Shown: in pieces, positions 1-8,340 of the stretch
Numbering within the stretch: position 1 is the first letter of the stretch
Layout: each line of letters opens with the position of its first letter
NCBI GenBank assembly: GCA_964648665.1
Contig: CAZYOA010000004.1
Location: 52,894-116,893, forward strand
Direction: 5' to 3'
DNA from: an uncultured Planctomycetales bacterium
GTDB taxonomy: Bacteria > Omnitrophota > Gorgyraeia > Zapsychrales > Aceulaceae
DNA length: 64,000 nucleotides
Notes under the pieces: model-generated
What the model was told of the DNA's origin: nothing
Databases searched by the model: none
What the model saw: the letters and a program-made list of their open reading frames with translations, nothing else
Translations under genes and position numbers: made by a program

Positions 1-1
1 A

Positions 2-1045
2 GTAGAGGGAAACAGGTCTTTTGCTTCAGGGGAATCTAACAGCGTTACTGGAGATTCTTCGGCTGCTTTTGGAAAAAATCTAACAGCACAAGCGGCTTTT
101 TCTGCTGCTTTTGGGAGATATAATGTTATTTCTGGAAATTCAGCGACTTGGGTTGCGACAGATCCTTTGTTTGTTATTGGTAATGGAGCTGCACCTGTGG
201 GTGATCCTCCAGGAGCAGCGTCAAATGCATTTACAATTTTGAAAAATGGAAATGTTGGCGTTGGGGCAGCTGATCCTTTCGTGATGTTTATGGTTGATGA
301 CGAAACAGGTTCTTTTGGTATAGACTCGACAGATCCTTTGGTGTTAATTGCGACAGGTAAGGCGAATACTCCTGGTCTTGCTGTTGTTTCTACGGATGCC
401 ATAGGTATTTCTATGCCAGCTATTGGTAACACGGCAATTTTTGCTCATGGGTTGGATTATTCAGCTTATTTTCAAGGAGGTGATGTTTATGTTGGGGATA
501 GTGTTGGAATTGGAACAACTGCCCCAGTATCTGCATTAGATATTAATGGCGGGACCATTAGTTTAAATGGTGGGAATATCAGCAATGATGGAGGGGGGCT
601 TGGTATTTATATTGATGATTCTGGAAATGTAGGAATCAATGACAGCACTCCTGATGCAGCTTTAGAAATTCTTCGCGAAGGGGTTGCGGGAGTTACTACT
701 CCTGTTCTTAGAGTTGGGGATGATGACGGATGGGTTGCAGAAGCAAATACAAAACTTAATGGAACTCTTTCTGTGGGTGGAATTTCAGCTTTTAACTCAA
801 GAATAAAAGCATATGATGGAATTCAGTTAGGAGAGTCTGGTACGTGTGATGGCTCTCTTCACGGAACGCTGGGTGTTAATTGTGCAAGCGTCGGACCAAA
901 CCTGTGTGCGCTTGTAATGTGTGCACCGACAGTTACTGCTTCTTCAGGATCTAGTTGGCAGGAGATTATAACTTTTGCAAATCTTCCAGGTGGTGGAGGA
1001 GGAACGACTCCTTCTCTAGAGGAGGAACTATCTACGGTAGAGTAG
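2..1045 (+). CDS. 5'-truncated glycine/alanine-rich surface protein with Hep_Hag-like heptad repeats (SxAxGxx), phage tail-fibre or adhesin head-like; cysteine-rich C-terminus
   Basis: The frame is open from base 2 with no stop before 1045, so the ATG at 167 is internal. Repeats of the form SFASGESNSVTGDSSAAFGKNLTAQAAFSAAFG resemble the Hep_Hag/YadA-head repeat. The protein is Gly-rich and there is no C-terminal beta-barrel anchor. GC is visibly higher than in the rest of the window. Confidence 0.5.
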   Translation, partial: VEGNRSFASGESNSVTGDSSAAFGKNLTAQAAFSAAFGRYNVISGNSATWVATDPLFVIGNGAAPVGDPPGAASNAFTILKNGNVGVGAADPFVMFMVDDETGSFGIDSTDPLVLIATGKANTPGLAVVSTDAIGISMPAIGNTAIFAHGLDYSAYFQGGDVYVGDSVGIGTTAPVSALDINGGTISLNGGNISNDGGGLGIYIDDSGNVGINDSTPDAALEILREGVAGVTTPVLRVGDDDGWVAEANTKLNGTLSVGGISAFNSRIKAYDGIQLGESGTCDGSLHGTLGVNCASVGPNLCALVMCAPTVTASSGSSWQEIITFANLPGGGGGTTPSLEEELSTVE

Positions 1046-1123
1046 GGCTGGTAGCGGATGAGGCGGGGAAAATTGTGGCAGTGGAGAACTATAATAATTT
1101 GCAATTTAAAGAAATAAAATAAG

Positions 1124-3154
1124 ATGAAAATAAGTTTAAATTGGATTAAAGATTATATTGATATTCCGAGTAAAGTTGATGAGCTTGCATGCAAACTGAC
1201 TTTGTCTGGTCAGGAAGTCGAGAAAATTGAGAAGATCGACGGAGACACAGTCTTTGAACTTGAAGTGACTCCTAATCGGCCAGACTGTCTTAATTTGATT
1301 GGTTTGGCCCGAGAATTCTCGGCCATTCTTGACAAAAAGCTTAAAAAGCCAAAAATTAAGAAAATTAAATTCTTAAATAATAAGTGTGATATTTCTATTG
1401 AAGATAAAGATGACTGTTCTCGATATATTGGAGCAATTATCAAAGATGTAAACATCAAAAAAACACCTAAAAATATTGTTGAAAAAATCTCTGCTCTGGG
1501 GCTTCGGAGCATTAACAATGTTGTCGATATAACAAATTTTTGTTTAATGGAAACCGGTCAGCCAATGCATGCGTTTGATTATGACAAGCTTGCTGGTGGA
1601 AAAGTTGTTGTGCGTCGTGCAAAAAAAGGTGAAACGATTACAGCTATTGACGATGTTACGTATAATCTTGATCCGTCTATTTTAATTATTGCTGATCAAG
1701 AAAAACCTGTTGCAATTGCAGGGGTTATGGGAGGCAAAGAGTCAGAGGTTACGGATAAAACAAAAAATATTTTGCTTGAAAGCGCGTATTTTAATCCAGC
1801 ACTTGTTCGTCAAGCATCGCGTAAACTTGCACTTCGAAGCGATTCGTCGTATCGTTTTGAAAGAGGTGTTGATATAGACATGGTTGAAACCGGCGCGCAG
1901 CGAGCAGTTCATTTGATTCAAGATTTAGCCGGTGGACAAGCGTTGTCTCAAAAAGATGTGTATCTTAAGAAAATAAAGAATGCGCAAACGAAAATATATG
2001 TCAGCGTTGATGAAATCAATTCTCTTTTAGGTTCAAGCTTAAACGGAGTGAAGATAAAAAATATTCTGAAAAAACTTGAGTGTCAAGTTTCTGAAAAAAA
2101 TAAAAATATTCTAGAAGTTATTCCTCCATCTTTTCGAGGAGATATTCGAGTTTCTGTTGACGTGGCTGAAGAAATTGCTCGCGTTATTGGTTTTGATAAT
2201 CTTCCGTCGAAGATGCCTGAAATTAAATCTCAAAATATGAATTGTTCGAAGAAATGGATTCTTAAAAAAGAGCTATCTGCAGCTTTAACAGGCCAAGGGT
2301 TAGATGAAATTATTAGCTATACAATGGTTGGAGAAAAAGCGCTTAAAGCGGCTAAAGTTTTTTCGGATAAGAAGATGTTTCGAAATCAGAATCCTTTGAC
2401 AGAAGATCAAGAGTTTATGCGCGTAAGTTCTTTGCCAAATATTTTAAATGTTGTATCAACAAATATTAAAAGAGGGCAGAGAGATTTAAAATTCTTTGAA
2501 CTTGGAAAAGTTTATTTGTCGACGGGAGAGAAAGATGTTTTGTCGATTATCATGACAGGAAATTCTCTGGGTGATTGGCGAGAAGAAAAAAGAAAAATAG
2601 ATTTTTATGACAGCAAGGGTGTTCTCGAAAATGTATTAAATTATTTTTCTAAAAAAGAAACTACATTCTTGAAAACAGAGGAAGCGTATTATCACAAAGG
2701 ACAAGCGGCTAAGATTGTTTTTGAAGGCAAGGAAATTGGCTCTATAGGAAAATTAGATGTGAATATCTTAAATGAATGGGACATTAAGCATCAGGATGTT
2801 TTTTTTGCTCAGGTTGATGTTGATCCAATTTTAAAAGCATCAGAAAAGATTTCAAAATATAAAGCAGTTTGCGAATATCCTTGTGTTGTGCGAGATATTA
2901 GCTTAAGCGTTAAACAAGATCTTAGTTATCAAAAGATCAAAGATGTTATTATCAATGTTAAAGAGCCTCTTGTTACGGATATTGATTTTGTTGAACAGTA
3001 TTTGGGCGAAAAGCTTGAACAAGGACAAAAAGGAATCACAATATCTTTGACGTATCAATCCCACCAAAAAACTTTGACTGAAGAAGAAGTTGAGCAAGCT
3101 CATAGCGTTATTTGCCAAAAACTTATTTCTGATTTGCAAGCTATCAAACGTTAA
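1124..3154 (+). CDS. pheT: phenylalanine--tRNA ligase beta subunit (short form lacking the EMAP-like tRNA-binding OB domain)
   Basis: The N-terminus MKISLNWIKDYIDI matches the PheT B1 domain. A B3_4-like segment (EVTPNRPDCLNLIGLAREF) and the B5 and C-terminal FDX-ACB regions are present. At 676 aa it is about 120 aa shorter than E. coli PheT. Confidence 0.9.
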   Translation: MKISLNWIKDYIDIPSKVDELACKLTLSGQEVEKIEKIDGDTVFELEVTPNRPDCLNLIGLAREFSAILDKKLKKPKIKKIKFLNNKCDISIEDKDDCSRYIGAIIKDVNIKKTPKNIVEKISALGLRSINNVVDITNFCLMETGQPMHAFDYDKLAGGKVVVRRAKKGETITAIDDVTYNLDPSILIIADQEKPVAIAGVMGGKESEVTDKTKNILLESAYFNPALVRQASRKLALRSDSSYRFERGVDIDMVETGAQRAVHLIQDLAGGQALSQKDVYLKKIKNAQTKIYVSVDEINSLLGSSLNGVKIKNILKKLECQVSEKNKNILEVIPPSFRGDIRVSVDVAEEIARVIGFDNLPSKMPEIKSQNMNCSKKWILKKELSAALTGQGLDEIISYTMVGEKALKAAKVFSDKKMFRNQNPLTEDQEFMRVSSLPNILNVVSTNIKRGQRDLKFFELGKVYLSTGEKDVLSIIMTGNSLGDWREEKRKIDFYDSKGVLENVLNYFSKKETTFLKTEEAYYHKGQAAKIVFEGKEIGSIGKLDVNILNEWDIKHQDVFFAQVDVDPILKASEKISKYKAVCEYPCVVRDISLSVKQDLSYQKIKDVIINVKEPLVTDIDFVEQYLGEKLEQGQKGITISLTYQSHQKTLTEEEVEQAHSVICQKLISDLQAIKR

Positions 3155-3160
3155 AAATCG

Positions 3161-3169
3161 TGATATAAT
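3161..3169 (+). promoter_or_regulatory. extended -10 element (TGaTATAAT) positioned to start the putative 6S RNA transcript
   Basis: tgatataat at 3161-3169 sits 7-9 nt upstream of the first base of the predicted closing stem. Confidence 0.4.
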
Positions 3170-3176
3170 TATTTAT

Positions 3177-3328
3177 CCCTGCTGTGTGCGTTAGGTCAAG
3201 TTATACTGAACCAACACAGTATAAACGGGAGCTAAGCTTTTGAATTATCTGTGGATATTTCAAAGAGGCACCCACTTGACACATACGGTTCATGTTACCT
3301 ATCCTAACGGCATAAGCGGGGATTTTAT
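3177..3328 (+). ncRNA. ssrS: 6S RNA (SsrS) candidate
   Basis: It occupies the intergenic gap immediately upstream of 5-formyltetrahydrofolate cyclo-ligase, which is the classic ssrS-ygfA synteny. The 5' end CCCUGCUGUGUGCGUUAGG pairs with the 3' end CCUAACGGCAUAAGCGGGG as 7 bp + internal loop + 7 bp. An internal GGUCAAGU/ACUUGAC helix flanks an unpaired central region. It is followed by a U-tract (gattttattt). Confidence 0.6.
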
Positions 3329-3512
3329 TTGCCTGCCGCAAGTCTATTTATAGATTTCAATAAAGACGTAACTCTATGAAGATAATAGGTTTATCTGATA
3401 TCTAATTTTATTCTACTAAAATTAAAGACTACTTATATTAATAGTTGTCTACATATTATAAAAGTGATACAATGTGTGACTATACATAAGATGTGTTTTT
3501 GAAGGATGTTAA

Positions 3513-4076
3513 ATGGTTAATAATTATAAAGAACTTTTAAGAAAAAGTCTTTTAGAATTACTGAGAACTCAAAAGGAGGATGTCAGGTTTAAAAAAAGCA
3601 AGCTTATTGCAAATAAGTTGTTTAAAATGCAAGAATTTATAAGCGCTCGAGCAATTATGTTTTACTGTTCTTTTGATGGAGAAGTAGAAACTTTTTCGAT
3701 GATCCAAGAGGCGCAACGATTAGGGAAAAAAGTGGTTTTACCAATTACGATTAAAAAAGAGAACAAAATTATACCATCCGTGATTAATAATATTGAAAAC
3801 GATTTATTAAAAGGGCCTTATGGCATTTTGCAGCCTAAAGAAGATGCTTGTAGAGATTTTGATTTAAAAGATCTAGGCTTGGTTATTGTTCCTGGTCTTG
3901 GCTTTGATCAAAAAAATAATCGTTTAGGTCGCGGAAAAGGATATTATGATCGCTTTTTAAAAATACTTCCTGAATCAACGCCAACAATAGGACTTGCCTT
4001 TGATTTTCAAGTCCTTTCTAGCTTGCCTCTCATCGAAGATCATGATGTTCCTGTCTCTTGTGTTTTAACAAACTAA
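3513..4076 (+). CDS. 5-formyltetrahydrofolate cyclo-ligase
   Basis: At 187 aa it shows the MTHFS family pattern, including GLGFDQKNNRLGRGKGYYDRFL. An RBS (aagga) lies before the ATG. Confidence 0.85.
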   Translation: MVNNYKELLRKSLLELLRTQKEDVRFKKSKLIANKLFKMQEFISARAIMFYCSFDGEVETFSMIQEAQRLGKKVVLPITIKKENKIIPSVINNIENDLLKGPYGILQPKEDACRDFDLKDLGLVIVPGLGFDQKNNRLGRGKGYYDRFLKILPESTPTIGLAFDFQVLSSLPLIEDHDVPVSCVLTN

Positions 4077-4082
4077 AAGGGC

Positions 4083-4113
4083 AACATTCTTAACACGCAT
4101 TAGAATGTTTTTA
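4083..4113 (+). terminator. candidate intrinsic terminator after the cyclo-ligase gene
   Basis: An 8-bp inverted repeat aacattct/agaatgtt with an 11-nt loop is followed by ttttt. Confidence 0.35.
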
Positions 4114-4136
4114 CTTATAGAAGGGAAATATATAAC

Positions 4137-5705
4137 ATGTTAGAAAATCAATCTGTTGTAGATAATATTATACTGTCAGTTATTATTATTTGTTCAGTTC
4201 TGTCTGGGTATTTCTTGAGTCGGTTTTTTAGTGATCGTCGACTTAGAAAATCAAAGGTGAAATCTGTAGAACTTTTAGAAAAAGCAGAGCGTGAAGTTGA
4301 AAATAAAATTAAGGAAGCTGAAATTAAAAGCCGAGATATGTTAATTCAGCTTCGTGAACGTTTTGAAAAAGAAACAAAAGAACGCAGAGATGAAATTTCT
4401 TCTGCTGAAAAACGTATTTTGCAAAAAGAAGGAAATTTGGAAAAACGCGTTGATCTTTTAGAGAAAAAAGAAAAAGATATTGAATATCGTGTTGGACAGC
4501 TTCATCAAAGCGAGGTTGATCTTCAGGATAAAGAAAAGAAATTAGATCAACTTATTGATGAAGAAAAGCAACGCTTGCAGAAAGTGTCTTCTATGACGTC
4601 GGATGAGGCAAAGGCGCTTCTTTTATCTCGGATCGAAGATGAGCTAATTGCAGAAAAAGCAACGCGTATCAGAGAAATGGACGAAGAGTTAAAGGAAAAT
4701 GCAGATAAAAAAGCTAAAGAGATTTTGTCTTCGGCTATTCATCGCTGTGCAAGTGATCATGCAGGAGATACGACGATCAGTGTTGTGCATTTGCCATCAG
4801 ATGAGATGAAGGGACGTATTATTGGACGTGAAGGACGAAATATTCGCGCTTTTGAAATGGCAACAGGTGTTGATATCATTATTGATGATACGCCAGAAGC
4901 TGTTACGATTTCTGGTTTTGATATGATGCGCCGAGAAATTGCTAAGATTTCTTTAGAGAGACTTATTCATGATGGACGAATTCATCCAGGACGCATTGAA
5001 GAAGTTGTAGAAAAGGTAAAAAAAGAAATTGATACAAAAATTAAAGAAGAAGGTGAGCAGGCAACTTTTGATTTAGGCATCCACGGCATGCATCCAGAAC
5101 TTGTTAAATTAGTTGGAAGATTAAAATATAGAACAAGTTTTGGGCAGAATGCACTTCGTCATTGTAAAGAGGTTGCTTCGCTGATGGGTATTATGGCATC
5201 TCAGCTGAATCTAGATTTTAAAATTGCTCGGCGAGCAGGACTTTTGCATGACATTGGAAAAGTGGCTGGAGAAAACGCTGAAGGGCCTCATGCTCTTGTT
5301 GGAGCTGAGATTATTAGAAAATATGGTGAACAACCTGAGGTTGTAAAAGCTGTTGAATCTCATCATGAAGAAGTTGAAATGAACATTTATGGTATTCTTG
5401 TTGCGGCTGCAGATGCTGTGAGCGCAGCACGTCCAGGTGCACGCGCAGAAGCCATGGAGACATATGTTAAGCGTATTGAATCTTTAGAAAAGATTGCGAC
5501 TTCGTTTAAAGGTGTTGATAAGGCGTATGCTCTTCAAGCGGGACGTGAAGTGCGCATTATGGTAAAACCTAATAAAGTTAAAGATGACGAAGCGGTTGTT
5601 ATGTCTCGAGATATTCGAAAGAAAATTGAATCTGACATGGATTATCCAGGACAAATTAGAGTTATTGTTATTCGAGAAACTCGAGCAACAGAATACGCAA
5701 AATAA
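4137..5705 (+). CDS. rny: ribonuclease Y
   Basis: It has an N-terminal transmembrane helix and a long coiled-coil K/E-rich region. A KH domain ([15 protein letters not shown]) is followed by an HD domain (LLHDIGK...HH). Confidence 0.9.
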   Translation: MLENQSVVDNIILSVIIICSVLSGYFLSRFFSDRRLRKSKVKSVELLEKAEREVENKIKEAEIKSRDMLIQLRERFEKETKERRDEISSAEKRILQKEGNLEKRVDLLEKKEKDIEYRVGQLHQSEVDLQDKEKKLDQLIDEEKQRLQKVSSMTSDEAKALLLSRIEDELIAEKATRIREMDEELKENADKKAKEILSSAIHRCASDHAGDTTISVVHLPSDEMKGRIIGREGRNIRAFEMATGVDIIIDDTPEAVTISGFDMMRREIAKISLERLIHDGRIHPGRIEEVVEKVKKEIDTKIKEEGEQATFDLGIHGMHPELVKLVGRLKYRTSFGQNALRHCKEVASLMGIMASQLNLDFKIARRAGLLHDIGKVAGENAEGPHALVGAEIIRKYGEQPEVVKAVESHHEEVEMNIYGILVAAADAVSAARPGARAEAMETYVKRIESLEKIATSFKGVDKAYALQAGREVRIMVKPNKVKDDEAVVMSRDIRKKIESDMDYPGQIRVIVIRETRATEYAK

Positions 5706-5723
5706 AAAAGGCATTTTTAAAAA

Positions 5724-6506
5724 ATGAACGTTTTATGTATTGGAGATATTGTTGGACGGCCCGGGCGCGATGCGGTAGAAATGCTTTTGCCAGGATTGGT
5801 TGAAGAACATAATATTGATTGTGTTGTGGCAAATGCAGAAAATGCGGCTGGAGGAGCTGGGCTTATTCCACGATTAGCAGAAAGTTTATTTTTGTTTGGA
5901 TGTGATGTTTTGACCTTAGGTGATCATGTTTGGGATAAAAAGAATCTAATTGAATATTTAGATGAAGAAAGAAACATTATTCGGCCAGCTAATTTTCCAA
6001 GGAATTCTCCGGGTAAGGGATATTGTATAGTCACAACAAAAAAAGGTGTAAAAATTGCTGTGATTAATCTTTTAGGGCGTGTTTTTATGCGTTATAATGT
6101 TAATTGTCCGTTTGAAAGTTTTTTGGATCTTATTAAAGATATTCGAAAGCAAACAAAGAATATTATTGTTGATTTTCATGGTGAAGCCACAAGTGAAAAG
6201 ATTGCTTTTGGTCATTTTGCTGATGGGCAAGTTTCCGGCATTTTTGGAACACATACGCATGTCCAAACTGCTGATGAGAAAATCTTGCCTAAGAAAACAG
6301 CACATATTACAGATGTTGGTATGACTGGTCCTTTTGATTCAGTCATAGGACAAAATAAAGAAAAGATTGTTGAGCGTTTCTTAACAAGTATGCCGTCAAA
6401 ATTTGAAGTTGCATTAAATGATGTTCGTCTTAATGGTGTTGTTTTTACAATTGATGAAGATTCAGGAGCAGCCTTAAACATACAAAGAATTCAAAGGAGG
6501 ATTTAA
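5724..6506 (+). CDS. ymdB: YmdB-type metallophosphoesterase (2',3'-cyclic-nucleotide phosphodiesterase family, TIGR00282-like)
   Basis: MNVLCIGDIVGRPGR and GDHVWDKK motifs are present. It lies immediately downstream of rny, as in Bacillus. Confidence 0.85.
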   Translation: MNVLCIGDIVGRPGRDAVEMLLPGLVEEHNIDCVVANAENAAGGAGLIPRLAESLFLFGCDVLTLGDHVWDKKNLIEYLDEERNIIRPANFPRNSPGKGYCIVTTKKGVKIAVINLLGRVFMRYNVNCPFESFLDLIKDIRKQTKNIIVDFHGEATSEKIAFGHFADGQVSGIFGTHTHVQTADEKILPKKTAHITDVGMTGPFDSVIGQNKEKIVERFLTSMPSKFEVALNDVRLNGVVFTIDEDSGAALNIQRIQRRI

Positions 6507-6899
6507 ATGGCAGATTGGCAAGGCCTTGAAAGAAGGCAATTCCCGCGAGTTAATTATCCGTGTCTCGTAACTGTTCGAAATGAGCTTGAAAATCTAGACG
6601 CTTTTTTAACACATACAGAAAATGTTGGAACAGGCGGTGTTTGTGTTATTTTTAAAGAAGGCATGAGGCTTTTTTCAGAAGTTGATCTAGAAATTGATCT
6701 TCTCGATATGGAAAAGAATATTAAGTGTAAAGGGCGCGTTGTATGGTCTGTTAAGACGCAAGCTAAGAATCAGCTAAAGACGACGGTTTATGATACTGGT
6801 ATTGAATTTTCTAATATTCTTCCTGAAGAACAAAAAAGAATTAGGAGCGTCGTTATGCAGCTGATAAAAGAAGGATACGAACAGACCCCGTATAAATAA
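6507..6899 (+). CDS. PilZ domain protein (putative c-di-GMP receptor)
   Basis: It has an RRQFPR (RxxxR) motif and an NVGTGG (D/NxSxxG-like) motif about 27 residues apart. The ORF starts 1 nt after the ymdB stop and has a strong RBS (aaaggagg). Confidence 0.7.
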   Translation: MADWQGLERRQFPRVNYPCLVTVRNELENLDAFLTHTENVGTGGVCVIFKEGMRLFSEVDLEIDLLDMEKNIKCKGRVVWSVKTQAKNQLKTTVYDTGIEFSNILPEEQKRIRSVVMQLIKEGYEQTPYK

Positions 6900-6949
6900 A
6901 AGATAGAACGTTTTTCTTTTTCTCAAAATATTTTCAAAAAAGGTAAATA

Positions 6950-8224
6950 ATGAAGGTAAGATTTGCACCTAGTCCGACAGGATTTTTGCATATTGGAGGA
7001 GCTAGAACGGCTTTATTCAATTGGATGTATGCTAAAGCTCAAAACGGAACTTTTGTTTTGCGCATTGAAGATACAGATCTCGAGCGGTCAAAACCAGAAT
7101 TTTTAGATGAAATTTTGCAGAGCATGAAATGGCTGGGGCTTTCTTTTGACGAGCTTTATAAGCAAAGTGACCGATTTGATCTTTATAAAAAATACGCACA
7201 ACAACTTTTAGATGAAGATAAAGCTTATAAGGATGGTGAAGCTGTTATTTTAAAGATGCCGCATAAAGAAGTTAAAATTTATGATTTGATTCGTGATGAA
7301 ATTGTTTTTGATACGGCTTTGCTGAAAGATCAAGTTTTAATGAAATCTGATGGATCGCCAACGTATAGCTTTGCTTGTGTTGTTGATGATGCGTTAATGG
7401 AGATTACGCACGTCATCCGCGGTGAAGATCATATTTCGAATACGCCTAAACAGGTTATTATTTATGAAGCGCTTGGTTTTAAGGTGCCGAAATTTGCACA
7501 TCTTCCTTTAATTATGGGCGAAGACGGAAGTCGACTTTCGAAGCGCACGGGAGCTGTCGCTGTTAGTGATTATAAGAAGATGGGATTTATTTCTGATGGA
7601 ATTGTTAATTATTTGATGCTTTTAGGATGGTCTCCGGGGGCAAATCAAGAAATTGTTAGCTTAAAAAAGGCTGTTGAAAAGTTTTCTATTAAAAAGGTCA
7701 ATAAGGCTTCAGCAATTTTTTCAATTGAGAAATTAAAATGGGTTAATGCTCAGCATATTCGAAAGATGGATTTAGAAAGTTTTGTAGATCTTGTTGTCCC
7801 ATTTTTAAAAGAGGCGCAGTATCTTAAAGATGATTTTGATCAAGATATGGTTAAAAAGATTGCGAATTTATTTAAAGGACGAATATCGACTTTAGAGGAT
7901 TTTGTGGATTGGGCAGATTTTGCTTTTTTAGAAAAGATTCAAGCTTCTGGTGAGGATCGAGAAAAGTTTTTTACAGCTGAAACTAAAGAGCGTTTTAATT
8001 CTTTGATTGAACAGCTTGGTGGTGTCGAATCTTTTGATGTTGAATCGTGTGAAAAATCTTTTCGATTTGTTGTTGATAAACTTGGAATCAAAGCTGCAGA
8101 ACTTGTTCACCCTGTACGTGTTGCGTTAACAGGAAAAACAATTGGTCCTGGTCTTTTTGACACGATGGCTATTGTTGGAAAACAAAAAACAATCCAAAGA
8201 CTCAAAGCTGTTATTGATTCTTAA
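6950..8224 (+). CDS. gltX: glutamate--tRNA ligase (short, 424 aa)
   Basis: It has the HIGH motif (PSPTGFLHIGGARTA) and the KMSKS-like RLSKRTG. It is immediately followed by a tRNA-Gln, which is consistent with a non-discriminating GluRS. Confidence 0.9.
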   Translation: MKVRFAPSPTGFLHIGGARTALFNWMYAKAQNGTFVLRIEDTDLERSKPEFLDEILQSMKWLGLSFDELYKQSDRFDLYKKYAQQLLDEDKAYKDGEAVILKMPHKEVKIYDLIRDEIVFDTALLKDQVLMKSDGSPTYSFACVVDDALMEITHVIRGEDHISNTPKQVIIYEALGFKVPKFAHLPLIMGEDGSRLSKRTGAVAVSDYKKMGFISDGIVNYLMLLGWSPGANQEIVSLKKAVEKFSIKKVNKASAIFSIEKLKWVNAQHIRKMDLESFVDLVVPFLKEAQYLKDDFDQDMVKKIANLFKGRISTLEDFVDWADFAFLEKIQASGEDREKFFTAETKERFNSLIEQLGGVESFDVESCEKSFRFVVDKLGIKAAELVHPVRVALTGKTIGPGLFDTMAIVGKQKTIQRLKAVIDS

Positions 8225-8247
8225 GGCAAAAATAAAATAATATTTAT

Positions 8248-8318
8248 TGCCCGGTTGTGTAACGGTAGCACGACTGCCTCTGGAGCAGTTAGTTTTGGTT
8301 CGAATCCAAGCCGGGCAG
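8248..8318 (+). tRNA. tRNA-Gln (anticodon CUG)
   Basis: The cloverleaf has acceptor stem TGCCCGG/CCGGGCA with a U1:A72 pair and G73 discriminator, both typical of tRNA-Gln. The anticodon arm is ACTGC-CTCTGGA-GCAGT and the T-arm is TTTGG-TTCGAAT-CCAAG. CCA is not encoded. Confidence 0.8.
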
Positions 8319-8340
8319 CGTTTAATTTAAAAAGATATTT

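Noticed and set aside
167-1045. The Gly-rich protein could be a collagen-like or PE/PPE-type repeat protein.
   Set aside because: There is no Gly-X-Y triplet periodicity. The repeats are heptad SxAxGxx, which fits the Hep_Hag type.
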